64,000 nucleotides of DNA from Smithellaceae bacterium (GTDB taxonomy: Bacteria > Desulfobacterota > Syntrophia > Syntrophales > Smithellaceae), in the NCBI GenBank assembly GCA_963667845.2, contig CAXXVL010000002.1, positions 1,920,001-1,984,000 on the forward strand. Direction: 5' to 3'. The translations under genes and the position numbers were made by a program. Below are positions 1 through 9,629 of this stretch, one piece after another; position 1 is the first letter of the stretch, and each line of letters opens with the position of its first letter. Under the pieces are notes generated by a model. It was not told the origin of the DNA. It saw only the letters and a program-made list of their open reading frames with translations, and made no database searches.

Positions 1-96
1 TTTTTCATACAATCGGTTCTTTACAAAATAGAAACTATTCCCCTGCCGGAGCCGGTCTACCTTGAGGTTCCGGTCCAGCCGCCCATTATCAGCTGA
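1..96 (+). CDS. C-terminal fragment of a small Pro-rich protein (possible leader peptide), cut by the window edge
   Basis: Frame 1 is open from base 1 to TGA at 94-96 and reads FFIQSVLYKIETIPLPEPVYLEVPVQPPIIS*, directly upstream of the NosL cluster. Confidence 0.4.
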   Translation, partial: FFIQSVLYKIETIPLPEPVYLEVPVQPPIIS

Positions 97-206
97 TTCA
101 CTAAAGACCATAGACGTAAATGTATACCGGCGCATTTTTCCCGGAAGATGAATTTCCGCGGCCGGCCGGATGGATTATTCTGATGATGAAGAAGAAAGGG
201 TTCGTT

Positions 207-725
207 ATGAAAAAAGCAGCACTGTATTGCGTAGTGGTAATTTATTGCCTGCTTTCAGCCGGCATGCTCTTTGCGGTCGAAACCGACGTGAAAGAGACAC
301 CCGCCTGCAAGTATTGCGGCATGAACAGAGATACCTTTGCCCACAGCCGGATGTTGATAGAATACGACAACGGCTCGAAAGTGGGTACGTGCTCCCTGCA
401 CTGTGCAGCGGTTGATCTTGCCCTCAACCTCGATCTGGCGCCGAAAATGATCCAGGTGGGCGATTACGGCACGAAGGGCCTGATCAACGCGGAAACGGCC
501 TACTGGGTTATCGGCGGGAAAAAGCCCGGCGTTATGACAAAGAACGCCAAATGGGCTTTTGCCCAAAAAGCGGATGCTGAAAAGTACATGCAGGAAAACG
601 GCGGCAGTCTGGCCGGTTTCGATGAAGCTCTCGAAGCTGCTTACAAGGATCTAGCCTCCGACACCAAGATGATCCGGGAGCGCAGGGCCATGAAGAAAAA
701 GAAAATGCAGGAGCATAGCCATTGA
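207..725 (+). CDS. NosL-family metal (Cu) chaperone-like exported protein
   Basis: Signal peptide from ATG 207; CxxCGM, CS(L)HC and YWVIG..PGVM..AFA motifs typical of NosL-like proteins. Confidence 0.8.
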   Translation: MKKAALYCVVVIYCLLSAGMLFAVETDVKETPACKYCGMNRDTFAHSRMLIEYDNGSKVGTCSLHCAAVDLALNLDLAPKMIQVGDYGTKGLINAETAYWVIGGKKPGVMTKNAKWAFAQKADAEKYMQENGGSLAGFDEALEAAYKDLASDTKMIRERRAMKKKKMQEHSH

Positions 726-1231
726 TCGGAAAAACCAGACAACATGTGAAGATGCTGAGGAGCCTTCAGATCATCGGCATGGTATGTGTTCTTGTCTTGT
801 CATCATGGGCGGGGGCGGCCGATAAGAAGATGCCGGCGCCCTCGCCCCGGGACAAATGTCCGGTCTGCGGAATGTTTGTGGCGAAGTATCCCGACTGGAC
901 CACGGCTGTCCTTTTTAAGAATGGCTCCCATGTCTTTTTTGACGGAACGAAGGACATGTTCAAATATCTTTTTGATCTGAAGCGCTATGATCCTTTGCGT
1001 AAAGCGGCTGATATTGAGGACGTCATGGTCAGGGACTACTATCGTCTGGAGTGGCTTTCCGCGCACAAGGCCTGGTATGTCCTGGACAGTGATGTTTACG
1101 GCCCCATGGGCAGGGAGCTCATTCCCCTGGCGCTGGAAGCGGATGCGCGGGAGTTCCTGCGCGACCATAAAGGGAAAAAAATTCTGAGGTTCACCGATGT
1201 GACAAGGGAGGTTATCCAAAGCCTTGATTAG
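722..1231 (+). CDS. Second NosL-family exported protein
   Basis: CPVCGMFV, FFDGTKDMFKY and SDVYGPMGRELIP motifs; real start may be ATG 752. Confidence 0.85.
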   Translation: MIGKTRQHVKMLRSLQIIGMVCVLVLSSWAGAADKKMPAPSPRDKCPVCGMFVAKYPDWTTAVLFKNGSHVFFDGTKDMFKYLFDLKRYDPLRKAADIEDVMVRDYYRLEWLSAHKAWYVLDSDVYGPMGRELIPLALEADAREFLRDHKGKKILRFTDVTREVIQSLD

Positions 1232-1580
1232 GAAATTTTTCGCACAAAGCTGCGGCAGGCATCCGGCGCCCGCCAGAAAATCAAGTTACTGTTTAACGGT
1301 GCTGGGTGTTTGCTTGCTGCTTTGGGGACTGATGCTCGGCCATGCCGCCTGGCAGCGGCGGGCCGACGGTCCTGAGCTTAACCGGCTGGCCTATGTGGCT
1401 CAAGAGCTGGAGCTCACGGATTTGTGCTTGTTCACGGAGGCGCGCTATACCCGCCATCTTTCCCAGGCGGATGCGTTTTCGGCGTTTCAGGACCACCCCG
1501 TTGCGCTGGATCATTTTCCTACGGGATCTATTGCGGGGCCTCCCGCAGGATTACGGAAACACAATGAAAAAATGGATTGA
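1224..1580 (+). CDS. Small membrane-anchored hypothetical protein
   Basis: One TM segment followed by LTDLCLFTEARYTRH; overlaps both neighbours as in an operon. Confidence 0.65.
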   Translation: MIRKFFAQSCGRHPAPARKSSYCLTVLGVCLLLWGLMLGHAAWQRRADGPELNRLAYVAQELELTDLCLFTEARYTRHLSQADAFSAFQDHPVALDHFPTGSIAGPPAGLRKHNEKMD

Positions 1581-2700
1581 AAAACAACGCAATATCCTGG
1601 ATTTTACGCTTTCCTCCCTGCTCCGGAGGAAGGCCAAAAATATCAGTCTCTTTCTGACCTACACGCTGGTCGTATTCCTGCTGGGTTCGGCCATGTTTTT
1701 TACCCAGGCAATGAAGCGGGAAGCCTCTCTGATTCTGAAAGACGCTCCGGAAATGGTTGTGCAAAGGCTCTTGATGGGCCGGTATGATCCTGTTCCCGTG
1801 GACTATCTTAACAAGATAAAAGACATCCGGGGAGTCATCTGGGCCGACTCCAGGCTGTGGGGGTACTATTATGATCCGGTTACGGGCGCCAACTATACCC
1901 TGATGGTTCCCCGTCAGCATCCGCCGGCTTCCGGAAAAATAGTCATCGGGAACGGGATAGCGAGAGCCAGGGCGCTGGATCGGGGAGATATCTTTTCCTT
2001 TCGAACGTTTGACGGCCGGGTCCAGAGTCTTACCGTCGCCGACGAATTATCAGCGGCCTCCGAGCTTATGTCCGCGGATTTGATTCTGATGGGGGAGGGC
2101 GACTTCCGGCTTTTATTCGGGTTGCCGGATTCCCGGGCGACGGATATCGTCGTTAAAGTCAGAAATCAAAAGGAGCTCCGAACCATTGCCGGAAAGATAA
2201 CGGAGTTGCTTCCCGATACCCGGCCGATCCTGCGCGATGAAATGATCCGCACCTATGATGCCGTCTTTGACTGGCGCGGGGGCATGGTGGTCGTTCTCAC
2301 CATCATGTCTTTGTTTGCTTTTGTCATTTTCGCCTGGGATAAGGCCTCAGGGCTTTCCGCCGAGGAAAAGCGGGAAATAGGCATTCTGAAAGCCATCGGC
2401 TGGGAGACGGCTGATATCCTTGCCGTCAAAACGTATGAGGGGTCGCTTACGTCTTTTCTTTCTTTCAGTATGGGTGTTTTATTGGCCTATGTGCATGTGT
2501 TTTTTTTCTCGGCTTTTCTGTTTGCCCCGGCGCTCAAAGGCTGGTCCGTTCTCTACCCGGATTTCCGGGTCACACCGTTCATTGATCCGTATCAGCTGGC
2601 CGTTCTCTTTTTCCTGACGGTTGTGCCCTACACAGTCGCCACGATTATTCCCTCCTGGAGAGCGGCTATTGTGGACCCGGACACCGTGATGAGGTCCTGA
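1564..2700 (+). CDS. FtsX/LolC-type ABC transporter permease
   Basis: N-terminal TM, periplasmic loop, EKREIGILKAIGW motif and 3 C-terminal TMs; start set at ATG 1564. Confidence 0.88.
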   Translation: MKKWIEKQRNILDFTLSSLLRRKAKNISLFLTYTLVVFLLGSAMFFTQAMKREASLILKDAPEMVVQRLLMGRYDPVPVDYLNKIKDIRGVIWADSRLWGYYYDPVTGANYTLMVPRQHPPASGKIVIGNGIARARALDRGDIFSFRTFDGRVQSLTVADELSAASELMSADLILMGEGDFRLLFGLPDSRATDIVVKVRNQKELRTIAGKITELLPDTRPILRDEMIRTYDAVFDWRGGMVVVLTIMSLFAFVIFAWDKASGLSAEEKREIGILKAIGWETADILAVKTYEGSLTSFLSFSMGVLLAYVHVFFFSAFLFAPALKGWSVLYPDFRVTPFIDPYQLAVLFFLTVVPYTVATIIPSWRAAIVDPDTVMRS

Positions 2701-2702
2701 AA

Positions 2703-3419
2703 ATGATAAAATTAATGAATGTTCGCAAAGGGTTTAATGTCGGCAAGTCTAATGAATTTATTGCCGTCCGGGGAGTTACGCTGACCCTGGCCGGAAACGG
2801 CATCACGGTCCTCAAAGGGCCGAGCGGTTCAGGAAAGACGACGCTGCTCAGTCTTATCGGCTGCATGTCCAGACCGACTTCGGGACGTATTGAATTTGCA
2901 GGTGATAACGGAATCCTGAAAAAAACCAATGTGGACAAGGTTGAAGTCACGAGTTTGCCCGAACGGTTTTTGACGGAAATCCGACGCCGGACATTTGGAT
3001 TCATCTTTCAGCAGTTCAATCTGATAAAAGGGATCACCGTTCTGGAAAATGTCCTGCTGCCGTCTTACCCTCTCGGTGAAAAATATTCGTTCGTCATGGA
3101 GAGGGCAAAAATGCTGCTTACGATGTTCGGCCTTGGGGAGCGCGCCTGCGCGAAGGTCGAGTGGCTCTCCGGAGGAGAAATGCAGCGTGTGGCCATTGCC
3201 CGGGCGTTAATGAACGACCCGCCTGTCCTGATCGCCGATGAACCGACGGCGCATCTGGACAGTAAGCTTTCCTGCGAGTTTATGGAAATCATTTCTCAAT
3301 TGAAAAAATCCGGAAAGACGATCATCATCGCCAGCCATGACCCTCTTGTCTTTGATGCGGACTCGATCGACAGGGTGGTTGCCGTCCGGGACGGGCTCGT
3401 CGACGGGGATGAAAAATGA
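2703..3419 (+). CDS. LolD/MacB-type ABC transporter ATP-binding protein
   Basis: Walker A GPSGSGKT, LSGGEMQRVAIARA signature, Walker B LIADEPT, H-loop ASHD. Confidence 0.95.
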   Translation: MIKLMNVRKGFNVGKSNEFIAVRGVTLTLAGNGITVLKGPSGSGKTTLLSLIGCMSRPTSGRIEFAGDNGILKKTNVDKVEVTSLPERFLTEIRRRTFGFIFQQFNLIKGITVLENVLLPSYPLGEKYSFVMERAKMLLTMFGLGERACAKVEWLSGGEMQRVAIARALMNDPPVLIADEPTAHLDSKLSCEFMEIISQLKKSGKTIIIASHDPLVFDADSIDRVVAVRDGLVDGDEK

Positions 3420-4420
3420 TTCTTCACCCGGGCATTGTCGCGCTGGTTCTGGTTTCTTTTCTCGTAAGCTCGATGACCTTCTACAGCTCTTTTTTCGGAA
3501 TCCGGATCATCAGAAGATGGGACATGAAAAGCGGGAGTGAGGATCAGCTGGATCTGGAGCGTAGAACCTACCTGATCTCAACGGTCCTCTCCTATGTGTT
3601 CTTTTTTCAGATCGCATCGCTCTTCCTTTATGTTTATACCGCCGACAGCCTGCACCATATGTTTGTCGGGGCCATGTGCGCCGCCGGCGTCCTGCACGTC
3701 GATCCCTATGGCTATCCGACACTGCTGTTAAAGATGCTCAATGTTATTTTGGCGGGCCTCTGGCTGATCATCAACACCATAGACAACCGGGCCTATGATT
3801 ATCCCCTGATCCGGATAAAATACGGCCTGCTCTTGATTCTGGCGCCGCTGATCGTCACGGAATCGGTCCTTCAATTGTTATTTTTTATACAAATGAAAGC
3901 GGATGTGATCACCTCCTGCTGCGGAAGCCTTTTCGGTTCGGATCAACGCAGTGTCGGTTCAGATATTGCCGCCTGGCCGGTTGGCGCCGCGATGACCATA
4001 TTTTATTTGAGTCTGGTCCTGACCTTTGTAACGGGTCTGCTTTACCTGATGAAGGGGAAATGGGGACGTCTTTTTTCTTTGTTCAGCGTGCTTTTTTTTC
4101 TGATAGCCTGCTGTGCCCTGGTTTCCTTTCTTTCCCTGTATTTTTACGAACTGCCGACGCATCACTGTCCTTTTTGCATCTTACAGAGAGAATATGGCTA
4201 CGTCGGATACCTTCTTTATGCCGCTCTGTTCGCAGGCGTGATTGCCGGGCTGGGAGTGGGAGTCTTGATGCCTTTCCGGGGAATCCCGAGCCTGTCGCAA
4301 GACCTGCCCCGGATCCAGAAAAGGCTTGCCGTAGTCTGCCTTCTTGCCTACTTTGTCTTCGCGGCGATATCGATCGGCCGCATGGCGAGCACGGATTTCA
4401 CGATGAGGCTGTTGGGGTGA
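3416..4420 (+). CDS. Polytopic membrane protein with Cys/His motifs, function unknown
   Basis: Multiple TM segments; GAMCAAG, TSCCG and HHCPFC motifs; start overlaps the ATPase stop. Confidence 0.75.
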   Translation: MILHPGIVALVLVSFLVSSMTFYSSFFGIRIIRRWDMKSGSEDQLDLERRTYLISTVLSYVFFFQIASLFLYVYTADSLHHMFVGAMCAAGVLHVDPYGYPTLLLKMLNVILAGLWLIINTIDNRAYDYPLIRIKYGLLLILAPLIVTESVLQLLFFIQMKADVITSCCGSLFGSDQRSVGSDIAAWPVGAAMTIFYLSLVLTFVTGLLYLMKGKWGRLFSLFSVLFFLIACCALVSFLSLYFYELPTHHCPFCILQREYGYVGYLLYAALFAGVIAGLGVGVLMPFRGIPSLSQDLPRIQKRLAVVCLLAYFVFAAISIGRMASTDFTMRLLG

Positions 4421-4700
4421 TCATTGGCTCAGGAGGTGAAGCGTGAACTTCCGCCGGTCGGCAATTGTGAAAAAGCGCCGGTAAATTTTCTTAATGATTA
4501 TTTCCTGAGACAAACAGATCGTCAACTTATTACGGATAGGGGAATGCAATCGGGAATAAACATTAAACCCCGGCAGAAAACATTGGCGCAAAACCTTGCT
4601 CTTTATGGTCAATGGCTCATTGAGATAGAAGACCGGCGGGCGGAGCGGATTGATTTGGAAACCATATACACGTTAGATATTCATCTCATCGGGGGTTGAG

Positions 4701-5111
4701 TTGAATCGCTCGCGAACCCTGAGAACCATCCAGATTGTCCTGGCCTTCATGGCGTCTCTGTTCGGCGTCGTAACGGTTATCGCCGGCACGCGTGTTCTTG
4801 CCGGCTCCGATCCGGGCTACATCGTGTTTCGGCCCCTGCTGCTCTATAACACCCTGATGGGAATAGGCTATGTGGCGGCGGGGATCGTCACGTGGCGCAA
4901 TATTGAACGAGGCAAGCATGCTGCCGCAGCGATCTTCCTGCTCAATTGGCTCGTGCTGGGAACAATCGGCTGCCTTTACGCGGCCGGAGGAGCTGTTGCC
5001 ATTGAGAGTCTTCGCGCCATGATCTTTCGAACCGCCGTCTGGCTCGTTCTGTTCCTCGGGCTGGTGTGGATGAGCCGCAGGAACAACCGCACCGGCCGGC
5101 AGGATGCCTGA
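4701..5111 (+). CDS. Small 4-TM hypothetical membrane protein
   Basis: Four hydrophobic segments; TTG start preceded by GGGGG. Confidence 0.6.
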   Translation: MNRSRTLRTIQIVLAFMASLFGVVTVIAGTRVLAGSDPGYIVFRPLLLYNTLMGIGYVAAGIVTWRNIERGKHAAAAIFLLNWLVLGTIGCLYAAGGAVAIESLRAMIFRTAVWLVLFLGLVWMSRRNNRTGRQDA

Positions 5112-5126
5112 CCCCACCTTCCAGCG

Positions 5127-5172
5127 AGTGGGGCGGCTTCCGGCTTGTTTCGATGCCGGAAGCCGCCCCACT
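5127..5172. repeat. Perfect 18-bp inverted repeat (REP-like doublet or terminator)
   Basis: AGTGGGGCGGCTTCCGGC (5127-5144), 10-nt loop, GCCGGAAGCCGCCCCACT (5155-5172). Confidence 0.8.
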
Positions 5173-5662
5173 TGGCAGGTGTTGATCAAACATTTCAGCT
5201 GCAAATCATTAAACATTTATTCACCTGATTATTTGTTTGCAGGGATGATCCACCGCCTCCTCTTTGCCCTGCGCTTGATCACTCTGCTCATTTCCAGGGA
5301 TATGAAGCGGTCCGGTTTTATCCTCGAGATCGTGCCCCGGGTATTGGGCAAGCGCGCCAGGATCTCTCCCATCCTGAATCCGATGGCTTATAACGGTTTT
5401 GCCTATAAGCTTGCGCCTGCTGCGCATCGGGCATTTCAATAGCGTTCCTGATACATAACAATTCCGCTGATGTTCACCAGATATCCGGCGCCGGAGAATG
5501 GTAAGCCGATGAGCTGAAATTAACGGACCGGGGCTTTATTTTACTTGACATGTAATACTGCGGACAGTACGGTTAAAAACAATTGCGCAAAACGATAAAG
5601 TAAAATTACTTGTTCCCGTTTGCAACGGACTACGTATAGGACCATAACTATACAATTTTTTG

Positions 5663-5702
5663 CCAAGTGCTCCGGAGTCTTGGGGACTTTCGGAGCACTT
5701 GG
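5663..5702. repeat. Stable hairpin in the leader of the radical SAM gene
   Basis: CCAAGTGCTCCG...CGGAGCACTTGG 12-bp perfect stem plus inner AGTC/GACT stem. Confidence 0.7.
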
Positions 5703-5771
5703 TGTATTGACCACCGGATCATTGGATTGCTAAATCAAAAAGTACGAAAGATTGTTGACACTACCGCAAAA

Positions 5772-7079
5772 ATGAAAATCCTGCTTACAAACCCTCCCAA
5801 TTGCGGCCGTAGTATCCCGGAGGAGCAATACGGCATTACGTCTCTCAAGCAGCTGTTCAAGGGTGAACCGTTCAATCTGGAAGTGCTGGCCGGACCGCTC
5901 GCGGGTCATGATGTTCGAATCTTTGACGGGAAGTGTGAGACGGAAGACGCCTTTTTTGCCGCTGTCGAGGATTTTGACCCCGATGTCGTCGGTTTTACGG
6001 CATTGACCTGCGAAGCCAATACCGTTATTCGCTATGCCGCTAAAATCAGAGACAGAAGAAGATCTCCGATCATCGTTGTCGGCGGCAATCATGCGACGTA
6101 TAACCCGGAAGATTTCAACCGTGCCGAATTTGATTATATCGTTATCGGATTGGGCAAAAAAAGTTTTGCCCAATTAATTGATTGTCTCGCGCGAGCGGAG
6201 GTACCGGGCCGCATCGCCGGCGTCGCCCGCACATCGCCCGGAAGTCGTTTATCCTTTTCGCCGCGGCGGTTTGGCAAAGCTGATTTGGTGGAGGATATCG
6301 CTCCCCGCTACGATCTGGTCGCGAAATACCGGAGCCAGTACCACCTGGAGCAGCTCGGGCTGGCCATGGGTTTTGTCATTACGGCGTACGGGTGCACCCA
6401 CTCCTGTTCTTTCTGCACGATCCCGGGAATGACCGGCGGAAAATATCTGACGCACGGCCCCGATGCCGTGCTGCGTGACGTGTCGCTTCTGGGGGATATC
6501 CCGTTTATCCGGATGGTGGATGCCAACACATTCGGCAATGCCAGCCAGGCGGCCGACCTGTGCGACAAAATCATGAAGGCCGGCATCCGCAAAAAATTCT
6601 TTGCCGACGTCCGCGCCGATACGATCGTCAAGCATCCGGACCTGCTCAAAAAGTGGAAGGACGCCGGCCTTTACGCTGCCGTGGTCGGCTTTGAAGATGT
6701 TCAGGATGAACGACTTAAAGCTTACAATAAGAAATACCCAGGAAGGGTGATCCGGGAGGCTATTGAAATTCTGCACGAACTGGGCATTGTGATCGTGGGC
6801 GACTTTATCGCATCACCCGGCGACACCGAGAATGATTTTGAAGCGCTGGAAACATTCATCCGGACCGAGAAAATCGAGGTACCCGTTCTCTCCGTTCTCA
6901 CGCCGATGCCCGGGACGCCCCTCTATGCCGAGATGAAAAAAGATATTGTCATTTTCGATCTGGATTATTATACGTTCACCAATGCCGTGACGAAAACAAA
7001 AATGCCCGAGGCATTATTCTACAAAACATACGCCGATCTCGTCAAAAGGCTGCATGAAAAACCGCATCAACCGCAATAA
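5772..7079 (+). CDS. Cobalamin-binding (B12-dependent) radical SAM protein
   Basis: N-terminal B12-binding fold (DVVGFTA..VVGGNHAT), CTHSCSFC CxxxCxxC motif, LTPMPGTPLY; start set at ATG 5772. Confidence 0.9.
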   Translation: MKILLTNPPNCGRSIPEEQYGITSLKQLFKGEPFNLEVLAGPLAGHDVRIFDGKCETEDAFFAAVEDFDPDVVGFTALTCEANTVIRYAAKIRDRRRSPIIVVGGNHATYNPEDFNRAEFDYIVIGLGKKSFAQLIDCLARAEVPGRIAGVARTSPGSRLSFSPRRFGKADLVEDIAPRYDLVAKYRSQYHLEQLGLAMGFVITAYGCTHSCSFCTIPGMTGGKYLTHGPDAVLRDVSLLGDIPFIRMVDANTFGNASQAADLCDKIMKAGIRKKFFADVRADTIVKHPDLLKKWKDAGLYAAVVGFEDVQDERLKAYNKKYPGRVIREAIEILHELGIVIVGDFIASPGDTENDFEALETFIRTEKIEVPVLSVLTPMPGTPLYAEMKKDIVIFDLDYYTFTNAVTKTKMPEALFYKTYADLVKRLHEKPHQPQ

Positions 7080-7092
7080 GCGAAGGAGTTCC

Positions 7093-8235
7093 ATGGACGT
7101 TTACATTAATGACATTGCCGCTTTCTTACCGAATGATCCCGTCACCAGCGAAGACATCGAGGAGGTCCTGGGAAAAATCCATGACGTCCGTTCGCGTGTC
7201 AAATCGCGGGTCCTCAAAAGCAACGGCATTAAGACGCGTTACTACGCGATTGACCGGAAAACCGGCGAACTCAATTATACGAACGCCCGGTTGACGGCGG
7301 AGGCCATCCGGCGGTTGAAGCCTTACGCGGGCTTTTCGACAAACGACATTCAGTGTCTGTGCTGCGGCACATCCATGGCCGATCTGATCGCACCGGGGCA
7401 CGGACTGATGGTGGCGGGCGAGCTGGGCGTCGGACCCTGCGAAGTCATCAGCACGTCGGGCATCTGTCTGTGCGGCATCTCATCGCTTAAAGCCGCTTAT
7501 GCCAATGTCGCGCTGGGCTTGAGCGACAATGCCGTGGCGACTGGCTCGGAACTGGCCTCGTCTCTTTTGCGGTCGAATTTTTTTGAACATCTGGAAGGCG
7601 ATCCCGATTTTAAGAATCATCCGATTCTGACGTTTGACTCGGATTTTTTGCGCTGGATGCTCTCGGATGCCGCGGGCGCTGTTTTCCTGTCTCCCAGGAA
7701 GAATGAAGGCCGCCGGTCGCTGCGCATTGACTGGATCGAGCACGTTTCCTATGCCGGGCAGATGGACACCTGCATGTACGCGGGCGGCCACAAAAATGAA
7801 GACGGCAGTGTGACGGGCTGGCGGCAGCTTTCGTCTCTTGCCGAAGCGCTGGAGAAGAATTTCTTTGCGCTCAAACAGGATACCGAACTGCTGGGCGAGC
7901 ACGTGATCCGGCTGACCGTCAACGAGGGTCTGGCCCGGACCATCGCCAGGCGCAAACTCCGGGCGTCCGATGTCGATTGGTTTCTGCCGCATTATTCATC
8001 GGAATTCTTCCGGGATAAGGTTCATGACGCCATGGCCGCGATCGGCTTTCCCGTTCCCTATGAAAAATGGTTTACTAATCTGGCCTACAAAGGCAACACC
8101 GGGTCGGCATCCATTTATGTCATGATGGAAGAACTGTTCCATTCGGGAAGACTGAAAGAAGGAGACACCCTTCTGTGCTACATTCCCGAAAGCGGCCGCT
8201 TCTCGGTTGCCTATATGCTGCTTACTGTTGTCTGA
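7093..8235 (+). CDS. Beta-ketoacyl-ACP synthase III, DarB/StlD family
   Basis: Catalytic Cys (SGIC), His (LPHYSS) and Asn (GNTGSAS); family motifs FLRWMLSDAAGA and PESGRFS; RBS AAGGAG before ATG 7093. Confidence 0.85.
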   Translation: MDVYINDIAAFLPNDPVTSEDIEEVLGKIHDVRSRVKSRVLKSNGIKTRYYAIDRKTGELNYTNARLTAEAIRRLKPYAGFSTNDIQCLCCGTSMADLIAPGHGLMVAGELGVGPCEVISTSGICLCGISSLKAAYANVALGLSDNAVATGSELASSLLRSNFFEHLEGDPDFKNHPILTFDSDFLRWMLSDAAGAVFLSPRKNEGRRSLRIDWIEHVSYAGQMDTCMYAGGHKNEDGSVTGWRQLSSLAEALEKNFFALKQDTELLGEHVIRLTVNEGLARTIARRKLRASDVDWFLPHYSSEFFRDKVHDAMAAIGFPVPYEKWFTNLAYKGNTGSASIYVMMEELFHSGRLKEGDTLLCYIPESGRFSVAYMLLTVV

Positions 8236-8369
8236 GGTCACCCCGACCTCGCCTCAAAAAAATTTTGACACTTATGCCTGAAGCTCCGCATCGCAAAGGG
8301 AGGAGATTGCAAACGGGACCTGTCCGGTCTCTGTTGCGGATGGACGGTATTATCCACAGACAAAGGCCG

Positions 8370-9575
8370 TCAGCGTTTGATGATTTTTACCACCGGCCGA
8401 TACAGAAAAAGGTTTTTACGAAGAAAGCTTTCGGGGTTGGTCATATCCTCCGAGGAGTTGCAGACATACGTGACAACGAGGTTTCCGTCGAATGCAAATT
8501 GACGATGCTCCTTGCCGGCATAGCAAAAGGTATGCGGATCATAGAAGGGACTTCGGGGATCGACTTCGGCGACGGGCTTGAGGAGCACGGAAGGCATGCT
8601 CCAGGGGCCTTCCGGACGCGGGGCCGTCTGATATAGAATCTGATCGCCCTTAGCGGCTGGTGTTAAATATACCGCCAGCCACTCCCGATCCTCACGATGA
8701 TAGCGAACACTCAGCTCGGAGACGCCCGCAGAAAACATGATCTTCACGATATGCGGGTTGAGCGTCTTTTGCCAGGCACCGTTGTGGCTCCAATACTCAA
8801 AATGGTTCTGCGGGTCGTCCAAATGGTCAACGGAGATCCGGGCCAGGATATTGCCGGAAACAGCGGTGGGGCCATCTTTCGCAGGGCGGTAAAGCGGATA
8901 AAAGTAAACGTAAGGGTAATGAACGACGGACGATGCCGCCAGCGCTTCAATGCCGGGCGCGATCGCCCGTGTCCAATCCAGGTAATGAACCTGCCAGTCA
9001 CGGGGATCCGCAGGCGTAAAATCAGCGATTCGCGCGATCTTCAATCCGGAGATTTTGAAATTAAAAGGCGCCGGCGCGTCGGGCAGGACCTGTACCACCA
9101 GCAGCGGAATATATAATACCGTGTTGACGATAAACGGGTCTTGCGGCCAAAGAAATTCGTTTTCACCGAAAAACGATACAAATTTGCCGTCACGTTTTTT
9201 TATGAAATAACGGATCGAAAATCCCTGGCCGGGCCGGCAGGTCGAAACAGCCACGGTATTGCCCAAAACAACGTCCATCCCGATGCGGTCTTTTCTGCCC
9301 GCCTCGTCGGAGACGAATGTGTCGCCAAAGAGCCACAGGGTGCGTCGGTCGTCAAGCAAGATGGAATAAGCGCCGTCCGCGCCGTACCAGCCGTCCCGAT
9401 CGGGGAAACCGGGAAGGCATGCCGCGGGACGCGCGATTGGTCCCGGTGTCTGGCAGGAAATTAAAAAAAGGCCAAGGCAAAGCAGGATCACGAAAGCCGT
9501 GATTTCATGAATTCGGCTCGAATAGCTTAAACGGCTCATCTTCGGTGTGCCATGTGTCTGCGCCAATATGAACAT
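8370..9575 (-). CDS. DUF4185/DUF5005-like beta-propeller lipoprotein
   Basis: Lipobox LISC; WYGADGAYS..LWLFGDTF and GPWS motifs; start codon uncertain. Confidence 0.65.
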   Translation of the reverse strand: MFILAQTHGTPKMSRLSYSSRIHEITAFVILLCLGLFLISCQTPGPIARPAACLPGFPDRDGWYGADGAYSILLDDRRTLWLFGDTFVSDEAGRKDRIGMDVVLGNTVAVSTCRPGQGFSIRYFIKKRDGKFVSFFGENEFLWPQDPFIVNTVLYIPLLVVQVLPDAPAPFNFKISGLKIARIADFTPADPRDWQVHYLDWTRAIAPGIEALAASSVVHYPYVYFYPLYRPAKDGPTAVSGNILARISVDHLDDPQNHFEYWSHNGAWQKTLNPHIVKIMFSAGVSELSVRYHREDREWLAVYLTPAAKGDQILYQTAPRPEGPWSMPSVLLKPVAEVDPRSPFYDPHTFCYAGKEHRQFAFDGNLVVTYVCNSSEDMTNPESFLRKNLFLYRPVVKIIKR

Positions 9576-9629
9576 ACGGCGATCCGCCTCGAAAAAGAAG
9601 TTGCGCGCCGGGGGCTGTCCTCAAATTTC

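Noticed and set aside
4424..4699. 91-aa ORF (and short ORFs at 5104-5442)
   Set aside because: No clear RBS or motifs; likely intergenic
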